Of a stretch of 64,000 bases of DNA, positions 1-21,401 are shown in pieces. The notes beneath the pieces are model-generated. The model saw nothing but the letters and a program-made list of their open reading frames with translations. It was not told the origin of the DNA and searched no databases. The stretch is from Sminthopsis crassicaudata (Eukaryota): contig NC_133622.1 of assembly GCF_048593235.1 (NCBI RefSeq), forward strand, positions 251,228,055 through 251,292,054, in the 5' to 3' direction. Position numbers and translations under genes: made by a program. Numbering within the stretch: the first letter of the stretch is position 1; the number at the start of each line of letters is the position of its first letter.

Positions 1-3000
1 GAGGCTGGGGCTATCTCAGGGGCTGGGATGCTCTCAGAGGCCAGGACATTCTCAGAGGCTGGGGCTATCTCAGAGGCTGGGGCGTTCTCGGAGGCTGAGA
101 CGTATTCAAAGGCTGGGACAATCTCAGAGGCTGGGACATTCTCAGAGGCTGGGATGCTTCCATTGGCTGGGACCTTCTCAGAGGCCGGGACACTCTCAGA
201 GGCCGGGACGTTCTCAGAGGCTGGGTCTATCTCAGGGGCTGGGATGCTCTCAGAGGCTGGAACATTCTCAGAGGCTGGGGTGTTTTAAGAGGCTGGGGTG
301 TTCTCAGAGGTGCAAGTCAGCTCAGATGCCAGGTTTGAGAACTCTCTCAGAGTCTGGAGTCTTCTCAGAGGCTGGGGTGTTCTGAGAGGCTGGGACTTTC
401 TCAGAGGCTGAGTTGCTCCCATTGGCTGGGACGCACTCAGAGGCCGAGACGTTCTCAGAGGCTGGGACATTCTCAGAGGCAGAAGCCGGGACGTTCTCAG
501 AGGCTGGGACACTCTCAGAGGCTGGGACGCTCTCAGAGATTGGGGTGCTCCAAGAGGCTGGAACATTCTTAGAGGCTGGGGCATTCTCAGAGGCTGGGGT
601 GCTCCCATCGGCTGGGACCTTCTTAGTGGCAGGGACGTTCTCAGAGGCTGGGGTGCTTTCAGAGGCTGGGGTGCTCTCAGAAACTGTGTTGCTCCCATTG
701 GCTGGGACCTTCTCAGAGGCTGGGACGCTCTAAGAGGCTGGGGTTATCTCAGAGGCCAGGACCTTTTCAGAGGCTGTAACGTTCTCAGAGGCTGGGGCTC
801 TCTCAGAGGCCGGGAGGTTCTCAGAGGCAGGGATGCTCTCAGAGGCTGGGACTCTCTCAGAGGCCGGGACACTCTCAGAGTCCGAGACGCTCTTAGAGGC
901 TGGGGCTATCTCAGAGGCTGGGACATTCTCAGAGGCTGGGGCTATCTCAGAGGCCGGGACGTTCTCAGAGGCTGGGGCTATCTCAGAGGCCGGGACGTTC
1001 TCAGAGGCTGGGAGTTTCTCAGAGGCAGGGACGCTCTCAAAGGCTGGGATTTTCTCAGAGGCTGGCATGTTCTCAGAGGCCGGGTTGCTGCCATTGGCTG
1101 GGACCTTCTCAGAGGCTGGGGCTATCTCTGAGGCTGGGACGCTCTCAGAGGCTGGGGCGTTCTCGGAGGCTGAGACGTATTCAAAGGCTGGGACATTCTC
1201 AGAGGCTGGGACATTCTCAGAGGCTGGGATGCTTCCATTGGCTGGGACCTTCTCAGAGGCCGGGACACTCTCAGAGTCTGAGACGCTCTTAGAGGCTGGG
1301 GCTATCTCAGAGGCTGGGGTGCTCTCAGAGGCTGGGGTGCTCTCAGAGGCTGGGGTGTTTTCAGAGGTTGGGGTGTTCTCAGAGGTGCAAGTCAGCTCAG
1401 ATGCCAGGTTTGAGAACTCTCTCAAGAGTCTGGGGTCTTCTCAGAGGCTGGGGTGTTCTGAGAGGCTGGGACGCTCTCAGAGGCTGGGACGTTCTCAGAG
1501 GCTGGGACATTCTCAGAGGCAGAAGCCAGGACGTTCTCAGAGGCTGGGACGCTCTCAGAGATTGGGGTGGTCCAAGAGGCTGGAACATTCTTAGAGGCTG
1601 GGGCATTCTCAGAGGCTGGGGTGCTCCCATCGGCTGGGACCTTCTTAGTTGCAGGGACGCTCTCAGAGGCTGGGGCTATCTCAGAGGCTGGGGTGCTCTC
1701 AGAGACTGTGTTACTCCCATTGGCTGGGATGTTCTCAGAGGCAGGGGCTATCTCAGAGGCCGGGATCTTCTCAGAGGCTGGGACGCTCTAAGAGGCTGGG
1801 GTTATCTCAGAGGCTGGGACGCTCTAAGAGGCTGGGGTTATCTCAGAGGCTGGGGTGCTCTCAGAAACTGTGTTGCTCCCATTGGCTAGGACCTTCTCAG
1901 AGGCTGGGACGCTCTAAGAGGCTGGGGTTATCTCAGAGGCCAGGACCTTTTCAGAGGCTGTAACGTTCTCAGAGGCCAGGAGGTTCTCAGAGGCAGGGAT
2001 GTTCTCAGAGACTGGGGCTATCTCAGAGGCCGGGAGGTTCTCAGAGGCTGGGGCTCTCTCAGAGGCCGGGAGGTTCTCAGAGGCAGGGATGCTCTCAGAG
2101 GCTGGGACTCTCTCAGAGGCCGGGACACTCTCAGAGTCCGAGACGCTCTTAGAGGCTGGGGCTATCTCAGAGGCTGGGGTGCTCTCAGAGGCTGGGGTGT
2201 TTTCAGAGGCCGGGACTTTCTCAGAGGCAGGGACATTCTCAGAGGCTGGGGCTATCTCAGAGGCCGGGACGTTCTCAGAGGCAGGGGCTATCTCAGAGGC
2301 CGGGACGTTCTCAGAGATTGGGGTGCTCCAAGAGGCTGGGATGCTCTCAGAGGCTGGGGTGCTCCCATCGGCTGGGACCTTCTTAGTGGCAGGGACGCAC
2401 TCAGAGGCCGAGACGTTCTCAGAGGCTGGGACATTCTCAGAGGCAGAAGCCGGGACGTTCTCAGAGGCTGGGGTGTTCTGAGAGGCTGGGACGCTCTCAG
2501 AGGCTGGAACATTCTTAGAGGCTGGGGTATTCTCAGAGGCTGGGGTGCTCCCATCAGCTGGGACCTTGTTAGTGGCAGGGATGCTCTCAGAGGCTGGGGT
2601 GCTCTCAGAGACTGTGTTGCTCCCATTGGCTGGGATGTTCTCAGAGTCTGGGGTCTTCTCAGAGGCTGGGGTGTTCCGAGAGGCTGGGGTGCTCTCAGAG
2701 GCTGGGGTGCTCTCAGAGACTGTGTTGCTCCCATTGGCTGGGACCTTCTCAGAGGCTGGGACGCTCTAAGAGGCTGGGGTTATCTCAGAGGCCAGGACAT
2801 TCTCAGTGGCTGGGACAATCTCAGAGGCTGGGGCGTTCTCGGAGGCTGAGACATTCTCAGAGGCTGGGATGCTTCAATTGGCTGGGACCTTCTCAGAGGC
2901 CGGGACACTCTCAGAGGCCGGGACGTTCTTAGAGGCTGGGGCTATCTCAGGGGCTGGGATGCTCTCAGAGGCTGGAACATTCTCAGAGGCTGGGGTGTTT

Positions 3001-6000
3001 TAAGAGGCTGGGGTGTTCTCAGAGGTGCAAGTCAGCTCAGATGCCAGGTTTGAGAACTCTATCAGAGTCTGGAGTCTTCTCAGAGGCTGGGGTGTTCTGA
3101 GAGGCTGGGACTTTCTCAGAGGCTGAGTTGCTCCCATTGGCTGGGACGCACTCAGAGGCCGAGACGTTCTCAGAGGCTGGGACATTCTCAGAGGCAGAAG
3201 CCAGGACGTTCTCAGAGGCTGGGACCTTCTCAGAGGCTGGGACGCTCTAAGAAGCTGGGGTTATCTCAGAGGCCAGGACCTTTTCAGAGGCTGTAACGTT
3301 CTCAGAGGCTGGGGCTCTCTCAGAGGCCGGGAGGTTCTCAGAGGCAGGGATGTTCTCAGAGACTGGGGCTATCTCAGAGGCCGGGAGGTTCTCAGAGGCT
3401 GGGGCTCTCTCAGAGGCCGGGAGGTTCTCAGAGGCAGGGATGCTCTCAGAGGCTGGGACTCTCTCAGAGGCCGGGACACTCTCAGAGTCCGAGACGCTCT
3501 TAGAGGCTGGGGCTATCACAGAGGCTGGGGTGCTCTCAGAGGCTGGGACATTCTCAGAGGCTGGGCTGCTCTCAGAGGCCGCGACGTTCTCAGAGGTTGG
3601 GGCTATCTCAGAGGCCGAGAAGTTCTCAGAGGTTGGGACATTCTCAGAGGCTGGGTTGCACCCATTGGCTGGGACCATGTCAGAGGCAGGGGTGCACTCA
3701 GAGGCTGGGGCTATCTCAGAGGCTGGGGTGTTTTCAGAGGCTGGGGTGCTCTCAGAGGCTGGGGTGTTTTCAGAAGCTGGGGTGTTCTCAGAGGTGCAAG
3801 TCAGCTCAGATGCCACGTTTGAGAACTCTCTCAGAGTCTGGGGTGTTCTGAGAGGCTGGGATGCTCTCAGAGTCTGGGGTGTTCTCAGAGGCTGGGACGT
3901 TCTCAGAGGCTGGGACGTTCTCAGAGGCCGGGACTTTGTCAGAGGCTGGGACGTTTTCAGAGGCTGGGACGTTCTCAGAGGCCGGGACTTTGTCAGAGGC
4001 TGGGACGTTCTCAGAGGCCGGGACACTCTCAGAGTCTGAGATGCTCTTAGAGGCTGGGGCTATCTCAGAGGCTGGGGTGTTTTCAGAGGCTGGGACGTTC
4101 TCAGAGGCCGGGACACTCTCAGAGTCTGAGATGCTCTTAGAGGCTGGGGCTATCTCAGAGGCTGGGGTGTTTTCAGAGGCTGGGGTGCTCTCAGAGGCTG
4201 GGGTGTTTTCAGAGGCTGCGGTGTTCTCAGAGGCTGGGGTGTTCTCAGAGGTGCAAGTCAGCTCAGATGCCACGTTTGAGAACTCTCTCAGAGTCTGGGG
4301 TCTTCTCAGAGGCTGGGGTGTTCTGAGAAGCTGGGACGCTCTCAGAGGCTGGGGTATTCTCAGAGGCTGGGGTGCTTCTATCGGCTGGGACCTTCTTAGT
4401 GGCAGGGACGTTCTCAGAGGCTGGGGTGCTCTCAGAGACTGTGTTGCTCCCATTGGCTGGGACCTTCTCAGAGGCTGGGACGCTCTAAGAGGCTGGGGTT
4501 ATCTCAGAGGCCAGGACATTCTCAGTGGCTGGGGCTATCTCAGAGGCTGGGGCGTTCTCGGAGGCTGAGACGTATTCAAAGGCTGGGACAATCTCAGAGG
4601 CTGGGACATTCTCAGAGGCTGGGACATTCTCAGAGGCTGGGATGCTTCCATTGGCTGGGACCTTCTCAGAGGCCGGGACACTCTCAGAGGCCGGGACGTT
4701 CTCAGAGGCTGGGGCTATCTCAGGGGCTGGGATGCTCTCAGAGGCCAGGACATTCTCAGAGGCTGGGGCTATCTCAGAGGCTGGGGCGTTCTCGGAGGCT
4801 GAGACGTATTCAAAGGCTGGGACAATCTCAGAGGCTGGGACATTCTCAGAGGCTGGGATGCTTCCATTGGCTGGGACCTTCTCAGAGGCCGGGACACTCT
4901 CAGAGGCCGGGACGTTCTCAGAGGCTGGGTCTATCTCAGGGCAGGCTGGGATGCTCTCAGAGGCTGGAACATTCTCAGAGGCTGGGGTGTTTTAAGAGGC
5001 TGGGGTGTTCTCAGAGGTGCAAGTCAGCTCAGATGCCAGGTTTGAGAACTCTCTCAGAGTCTGGAGTCTTCTCAGAGGCTGGGGTGTTCTGAGAGGCTGG
5101 GACTTTCTCAGAGGCTGAGTTGCTCCCATTGGCTGGGACGCACTCAGAGGCCGAGACGTTCTCAGAGGCTGGGACATTCTCAGAGGCAGAAGCCGGGACG
5201 TTCTCAGAGGCTGGGACACTCTCAGAGGCTGGGACGCTCTCAGAGATTGGGGTGCTCCAAGAGGCTGGAACATTCTTAGAGGCTGGGGCATTCTCAGAGG
5301 CTGGGGTGCTCCCATCGGCTGGGACCTTCTTAGTGGCAGGGACGTTCTCAGAGGCTGGGGTGTTTTCAGAGGCTGGGACGTTCTCAGAGGCCGGGACACT
5401 CTCAGAGTCTGAGATGCTCTTAGAGGCTGGGGCTATCTCAGAGGCTGGGGTGTTTTCAGAGGCTGGGGTGCTCTCAGAGGCTGGGGTGTTTTCAGAGGCT
5501 GCGGTGTTCTCAGAGGCTGGGGTGTTCTCAGAGGTGCAAGTCAGCTCAGATGCCACGTTTGAGAACTCTCTCAGAGTCTGGGGTCTTCTCAGAGGCTGGG
5601 GTGTTCTGAGAGGCTGGGATGCTCTCAGAGTCTGGGGTGTTCTCAGAGGCTGGGACGTTCTCAGAGGCTGGGACGTTCTCAGAGGCCGGGACTTTGTCAG
5701 AGGCTGGGACGTTTTCAGAGGCTGGGACGTTCTCAGAGGCCGGGACTTTGTCAGAGGCTGGGACGTTCTCAGAGGCCGGGACACTCTCAGAGTCTGAGAT
5801 GCTCTTAGAGGCTGGGGCTATCTCAGAGGCTGGGGTGTTTTCAGAGGCTGGGACGTTCTCAGAGGCCGGGACACTCTCAGAGTCTGAGATGCTCTTAGAG
5901 GCTGGGGCTATCTCAGAGGCTGGGGTGTTTTCAGAGGCTGGGGTGCTCTCAGAGGCTGGGGTGTTTTCAGAGGCTGCGGTGTTCTCAGAGGCTGGGGTGT

Positions 6001-9000
6001 TCTCAGAGGTGCAAGTCAGCTCAGATGCCACGTTTGAGAACTCTCTCAGAGTCTGGGGTCTTCTCAGAGGCTGGGGTGTTCTGAGAAGCTGGGACGCTCT
6101 CAGAGGCTGGGGTATTCTCAGAGGCTGGGGTGCTTCTATCGGCTGGGACCTTCTTAGTGGCAGGGACGTTCTCAGAGGCTGGGGTGCTCTCAGAGACTGT
6201 GTTGCTCCCATTGGCTGGGACCTTCTCAGAGGCTGGGACGCTCTAAGAGGCTGGGGTTATCTCAGAGGCCAGGACATTCTCAGTGGCTGGGGCTATCTCA
6301 GAGGCTGGGGCGTTCTCGGAGGCTGAGACGTATTCAAAGGCTGGGACAATCTCAGAGGCTGGGACATTCTCAGAGGCTGGGACATTCTCAGAGGCTGGGA
6401 TGCTTCCATTGGCTGGGACCTTCTCAGAGGCCGGGACACTCTCAGAGGCCGGGACGTTCTCAGAGGCTGGGGCTATCTCAGGGGCTGGGATGCTCTCAGA
6501 GGCCAGGACATTCTCAGAGGCTGGGGCTATCTCAGAGGCTGGGGCGTTCTCGGAGGCTGAGACGTATTCAAAGGCTGGGACAATCTCAGAGGCTGGGACA
6601 TTCTCAGAGGCTGGGATGCTTCCATTGGCTGGGACCTTCTCAGAGGCCGGGACACTCTCAGAGGCCGGGACGTTCTCAGAGGCTGGGTCTATCTCAGGGC
6701 AGGCTGGGATGCTCTCAGAGGCTGGAACATTCTCAGAGGCTGGGGTGTTTTAAGAGGCTGGGGTGTTCTCAGAGGTGCAAGTCAGCTCAGATGCCAGGTT
6801 TGAGAACTCTCTCAGAGTCTGGAGTCTTCTCAGAGGCTGGGGTGTTCTGAGAGGCTGGGACTTTCTCAGAGGCTGAGTTGCTCCCATTGGCTGGGACGCA
6901 CTCAGAGGCCGAGACGTTCTCAGAGGCTGGGACATTCTCAGAGGCAGAAGCCGGGACGTTCTCAGAGGCTGGGACACTCTCAGAGGCTGGGACGCTCTCA
7001 GAGATTGGGGTGCTCCAAGAGGCTGGAACATTCTTAGAGGCTGGGGCATTCTCAGAGGCTGGGGTGCTCCCATCGGCTGGGACCTTCTTAGTGGCAGGGA
7101 CGTTCTCAGAGGCTGGGGTGTTTTCAGAGGCTGGGACGTTCTCAGAGGCCGGGACACTCTCAGAGTCTGAGATGCTCTTAGAGGCTGGGGCTATCTCAGA
7201 GGCTGGGGTGTTTTCAGAGGCTGGGGTGCTCTCAGAGGCTGGGGTGTTTTCAGAGGCTGCGGTGTTCTCAGAGGCTGGGGTGTTCTCAGAGGTGCAAGTC
7301 AGCTCAGATGCCACGTTTGAGAACTCTCTCAGAGTCTGGGGTCTTCTCAGAGGCTGGGGTGTTCTGAGAAGCTGGGACGCTCTCAGAGGCTGGGGTATTC
7401 TCAGAGGCTGGGGTGCTTCTATCGGCTGGGACCTTCTTAGTGGCAGGGACGTTCTCAGAGGCTGGGGTGCTCTCAGAGACTGTGTTGCTCCCATTGGCTG
7501 GGACCTTCTCAGAGGCTGGGACGCTCTAAGAGGCTGGGGTTATCTCAGAGGCCAGGACATTCTCAGTGGCTGGGGCTATCTCAGAGGCTGGGGCGTTCTC
7601 GGAGGCTGAGACGTATTCAAAGGCTGGGACAATCTCAGAGGCTGGGACATTCTCAGAGGCTGGGACATTCTCAGAGGCTGGGATGCTTCCATTGGCTGGG
7701 ACCTTCTCAGAGGCCGGGACACTCTCAGAGGCCGGGACGTTCTCAGAGGCTGGGGCTATCTCAGGGGCTGGGATGCTCTCAGAGGCCAGGACATTCTCAG
7801 AGGCTGGGGCTATCTCAGAGGCTGGGGCGTTCTCGGAGGCTGAGACGTATTCAAAGGCTGGGACAATCTCAGAGGCTGGGACATTCTCAGAGGCTGGGAT
7901 GCTTCCATTGGCTGGGACCTTCTCAGAGGCCGGGACACTCTCAGAGGCCGGGACGTTCTCAGAGGCTGGGTCTATCTCAGGGGCTGGGATGCTCTCAGAG
8001 GCTGGAACATTCTCAGAGGCTGGGGTGTTTTAAGAGGCTGGGGTGTTCTCAGAGGTGCAAGTCAGCTCAGATGCCAGGTTTGAGAACTCTCTCAGAGTCT
8101 GGAGTCTTCTCAGAGGCTGGGGTGTTCTGAGAGGCTGGGACTTTCTCAGAGGCTGAGTTGCTCCCATTGGCTGGGACGCACTCAGAGGCCGAGACGTTCT
8201 CAGAGGCTGGGACATTCTCAGAGGCAGAAGCCGGGACGTTCTCAGAGGCTGGGACACTCTCAGAGGCTGGGACGCTCTCAGAGATTGGGGTGCTCCAAGA
8301 GGCTGGAACATTCTTAGAGGCTGGGGCATTCTCAGAGGCTGGGGTGCTCCCATCGGCTGGGACCTTCTTAGTGGCAGGGACGTTCTCAGAGGCTGGGGTG
8401 CTTTCAGAGGCTGGGGTGCTCTCAGAAACTGTGTTGCTCCCATTGGCTGGGACCTTCTCAGAGGCTGGGACGCTCTAAGAGGCTGGGGTTATCTCAGAGG
8501 CCAGGACCTTTTCAGAGGCTGTAACGTTCTCAGAGGCTGGGGCTCTCTCAGAGGCCGGGAGGTTCTCAGAGGCAGGGATGCTCTCAGAGGCTGGGACTCT
8601 CTCAGAGGCCGGGACACTCTCAGAGTCCGAGACGCTCTTAGAGGCTGGGGCTATCTCAGAGGCTGGGACATTCTCAGAGGCTGGGGCTATCTCAGAGGCC
8701 GGGACGTTCTCAGAGGCTGGGGCTATCTCAGAGGCCGGGACGTTCTCAGAGGCTGGGAGTTTCTCAGAGGCAGGGACGCTCTCAAAGGCTGGGATTTTCT
8801 CAGAGGCTGGCATGTTCTCAGAGGCCGGGTTGCTGCCATTGGCTGGGACCTTCTCAGAGGCTGGGGCTATCTCTGAGGCTGGGACGCTCTCAGAGGCTGG
8901 GGCGTTCTCGGAGGCTGAGACGTATTCAAAGGCTGGGACATTCTCAGAGGCTGGGACATTCTCAGAGGCTGGGATGCTTCCATTGGCTGGGACCTTCTCA

Positions 9001-12000
9001 GAGGCCGGGACACTCTCAGAGTCTGAGACGCTCTTAGAGGCTGGGGCTATCTCAGAGGCTGGGGTGCTCTCAGAGGCTGGGGTGCTCTCAGAGGCTGGGG
9101 TGTTTTCAGAGGTTGGGGTGTTCTCAGAGGTGCAAGTCAGCTCAGATGCCAGGTTTGAGAACTCTCTCAAGAGTCTGGGGTCTTCTCAGAGGCTGGGGTG
9201 TTCTGAGAGGCTGGGACGCTCTCAGAGGCTGGGACGTTCTCAGAGGCTGGGACATTCTCAGAGGCAGAAGCCAGGACGTTCTCAGAGGCTGGGACGCTCT
9301 CAGAGATTGGGGTGGTCCAAGAGGCTGGAACATTCTTAGAGGCTGGGGCATTCTCAGAGGCTGGGGTGCTCCCATCGGCTGGGACCTTCTTAGTTGCAGG
9401 GACGCTCTCAGAGGCTGGGGCTATCTCAGAGGCTGGGGTGCTCTCAGAGACTGTGTTACTCCCATTGGCTGGGATGTTCTCAGAGGCAGGGGCTATCTCA
9501 GAGGCCGGGATCTTCTCAGAGGCTGGGACGCTCTAAGAGGCTGGGGTTATCTCAGAGGCTGGGGTGCTCTCAGAAACTGTGTTGCTCCCATTGGCTAGGA
9601 CCTTCTCAGAGGCTGGGACGCTCTAAGAGGCTGGGGTTATCTCAGAGGCCAGGACCTTTTCAGAGGCTGTAACGTTCTCAGAGGCCAGGAGGTTCTCAGA
9701 GGCAGGGATGTTCTCAGAGACTGGGGCTATCTCAGAGGCCGGGAGGTTCTCAGAGGCTGGGGCTCTCTCAGAGGCCGGGAGGTTCTCAGAGGCAGGGATG
9801 CTCTCAGAGGCTGGGACTCTCTCAGAGGCCGGGACACTCTCAGAGTCCGAGACGCTCTTAGAGGCTGGGGCTATCTCAGAGGCTGGGGTGCTCTCAGAGG
9901 CTGGGGTGTTTTCAGAGGCCGGGACTTTCTCAGAGGCAGGGACATTCTCAGAGGCTGGGGCTATCTCAGAGGCCGGGACGTTCTCAGAGGCAGGGGCTAT
10001 CTCAGAGGCCGGGACGTTCTCAGAGATTGGGGTGCTCCAAGAGGCTGGGATGCTCTCAGAGGCTGGGGTGCTCCCATCGGCTGGGACCTTCTTAGTGGCA
10101 GGGACGCACTCAGAGGCCGAGACGTTCTCAGAGGCTGGGACATTCTCAGAGGCAGAAGCCGGGACGTTCTCAGAGGCTGGGGTGTTCTGAGAGGCTGGGA
10201 CGCTCTCAGAGGCTGGAACATTCTTAGAGGCTGGGGTATTCTCAGAGGCTGGGGTGCTCCCATCAGCTGGGACCTTGTTAGTGGCAGGGATGCTCTCAGA
10301 GGCTGGGGTGCTCTCAGAGACTGTGTTGCTCCCATTGGCTGGGATGTTCTCAGAGTCTGGGGTCTTCTCAGAGGCTGGGGTGTTCCGAGAGGCTGGGGTG
10401 CTCTCAGAGGCTGGGGTGCTCTCAGAGACTGTGTTGCTCCCATTGGCTGGGACCTTCTCAGAGGCTGGGACGCTCTAAGAGGCTGGGGTTATCTCAGAGG
10501 CCAGGACATTCTCAGTGGCTGGGACAATCTCAGAGGCTGGGGCGTTCTCGGAGGCTGAGACATTCTCAGAGGCTGGGATGCTTCAATTGGCTGGGACCTT
10601 CTCAGAGGCCGGGACACTCTCAGAGGCCGGGACGTTCTTAGAGGCTGGGGCTATCTCAGGGGCTGGGATGCTCTCAGAGGCTGGAACATTCTCAGAGGCT
10701 GGGGTGTTTTAAGAGGCTGGGGTGTTCTCAGAGGTGCAAGTCAGCTCAGATGCCAGGTTTGAGAACTCTATCAGAGTCTGGAGTCTTCTCAGAGGCTGGG
10801 GTGTTCTGAGAGGCTGGGACTTTCTCAGAGGCTGAGTTGCTCCCATTGGCTGGGACGCACTCAGAGGCCGAGACGTTCTCAGAGGCTGGGACATTCTCAG
10901 AGGCAGAAGCCAGGACGTTCTCAGAGGCTGGGACCTTCTCAGAGGCTGGGACGCTCTAAGAAGCTGGGGTTATCTCAGAGGCCAGGACCTTTTCAGAGGC
11001 TGTAACGTTCTCAGAGGCTGGGGCTCTCTCAGAGGCCGGGAGGTTCTCAGAGGCAGGGATGTTCTCAGAGACTGGGGCTATCTCAGAGGCCGGGAGGTTC
11101 TCAGAGGCTGGGGCTCTCTCAGAGGCCGGGAGGTTCTCAGAGGCAGGGATGCTCTCAGAGGCTGGGACTCTCTCAGAGGCCGGGACACTCTCAGAGTCCG
11201 AGACGCTCTTAGAGGCTGGGGCTATCACAGAGGCTGGGGTGCTCTCAGAGGCTGGGACATTCTCAGAGGCTGGGCTGCTCTCAGAGGCCGCGACGTTCTC
11301 AGAGGTTGGGGCTATCTCAGAGGTCGAGAAGTTCTCAGAGGTTGGGACATTCTCAGAGGCTGGGTTGCACCCATTGGCTGGGACCATGTCAGAGGCAGGG
11401 GTGCACTCAGAGGCTGGGGCTATCTCAGAGCCCAAGAGGTTCTCAGAGGCTGGGGCTTTCTCAGAGGCTGGGATGTTCTCAGAGGCTGGGATTTTGTCAG
11501 CGGCTGGGGTGCTCCCATTGGCTGGGACTTGTTAGTGGCAGGGACGCTCTGAGAGGCTGGGGCTATCTCAGAGGCCGAGACGTTCTCAAAGGCTGAAATG
11601 TTCTCAGAGGCTGGGGCTATCTTAGAGGCTGCGACTTTCTCAGAGGTTGGGACGTTCTTAGAGTCTGGGTTGCACCCATTGGCTGGGACCATGTCAGAGG
11701 CAGGGATGCACTCAGAGGCTGGGGTTATCTCAGAGGCCGAGTGGTTCTCAGAGGCCGGGAGGTTCTCAGAGGCAGGGACGCTCTCAGAGGCTCGGACTAT
11801 CCCAGAGGCTGGGACTTTTTCAGAGGCTGGAACGTTCTCAGAGGCTTGAGTGTTCTCAGAGGCTGGGTTGCTCCCATTGGCTGGGACCTTCTCAGAGGCT
11901 GGAATGTTCTCAGAGGCTGGGACGCTCTCAGAGGCTGGGGCTAGCTCAGAGGCTGGGACATTCTCAGAGGCTGAGATGTTCTCAGAAGCTGGGGCTATCT

Positions 12001-12990
12001 CAGAGCCCAGGATGTTCTCAGAGGCTGGGACGTTCTCAGAGGCTGGGGCTATCCCAGAGGCTGGGACTTTCTCAGAGGCTGGGGTGTTCTGAGAGGCTGG
12101 GGTGCTCTCAGAGGCTGTGTTGCTCCCAGAGTCTTGGTTGCTCCTATTGGCTGGAACATTCTCAGAGGCTGGGGTGCTCTCAAAGACTGAGGTGCTCCAA
12201 GAGGCTGGCACATTCTTAGAGGCTGGGTTGTTCTCAGAAGTTGGGTTGCTCCCATTGCCTGGGACCTTCTCAGAGGCTGGCACATTCTTAGAAGCTGCGG
12301 TTATCTCCAAGGCCAGGACATTCTCAGAGGCTATAATGTTCTCAGAGGCTGGGGCTATCTCAGAAGCTGGGGCGTTCTCAGAGGCTGGTACATTCTCAGA
12401 AGTGGAAGTTATCTCAGATGCCAGATTTGAGAACTCTGTCAGAGCCTGGGGTGTTCTCAGAGGCTGTGACGTTCTCAGAGGCTATGACGTTCTCAGAGAC
12501 TGTGGTGCTCTCAGAGGCTGGGGTGTTCTCAGACTCTGGGTTGTTCCTAGAGCCTAGAACATTCTCAGAGGCTGGGATGTTCTTAGAGGCTGGGGTGTTC
12601 AGCCTCTAAGTAAGCTCAGATGCCAAATTTGAGAACTCTCTCAGAGGCTGGGGCGTTCTCAGAGGCTGTGATGTTCTCAGAGGCTGGGATGTTCTCAGAG
12701 GCTGGGGTGCTCTCAGAGGCTGGGGTGTTCTCAGATGCTGGGTTGCTCCCAGAGGCTGGAACATTCTCAGAGGCTGGGGCGTTCTTAGAGGCTGGGATGT
12801 TCTTAGAGGCTGGGGTGCTCTCAGAGGCTGGGTTGTTCTCAGAAGCTGGGGTGCTCTCAGAGGCTGGGGTGTTCTCAGAGGCTGGGGCATTCTCAGAGTC
12901 TGGGCATTCTGAGAGGTGATCATTCTCTCAGAAGTGGGGGTGCTCTGGGAAGCTGGGGAGCTTTCAGAGGCCAGGTTGCCATGCCTTCTC
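1..12990. repeat. Large 18-bp-unit minisatellite array (consensus about GAGGCTGGGACGTTCTCA), continuing beyond the left edge of the window
   Basis: The unit is visible continuously from base 1. Variant units include GAGGCTGGGGCTATCTCA, GAGGCTGGGGTGTTCTCA and TTGGCTGGGACCTTCTCA. Units become increasingly diverged after about 11,430 and fade by about 12,990. The repeated SEAGTF / SENVPA / LRTSQP ORFs come from this unit. Confidence 0.97.
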
Positions 12991-13054
12991 AGAGGCCTGC
13001 TGGTCTCCATGGAGATAGATCAGGATCTGTCTGATAGAAGTTCTGAAAGGGGGG

Positions 13055-21401
<8,347 letters not shown>

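Noticed and set aside
307-350. Cassette resembling Pol III A box (AGCTCAG) and B box (GGTTTGAG)
   Set aside because: The matches are weak, the spacing is far too short for a tRNA or SINE promoter, and no cloverleaf can be drawn.
28-12919. Many long ORFs with SEAGTF, SENVPA, LRTSQP or RGWDVL repeats suggesting a giant repeat protein
   Set aside because: An 18-bp unit is stop-free in five of six frames, so such ORFs are expected. Recurrent TAA/TGA variants and the 25-nt unit break every frame (maximum about 296 aa). An in-frame TAG at 13016 separates the array from TSGA10IP.
1-12990. CRISPR-like repeat-spacer array
   Set aside because: Contiguous tandem units without unique spacers, no cas genes, and a mammalian context.
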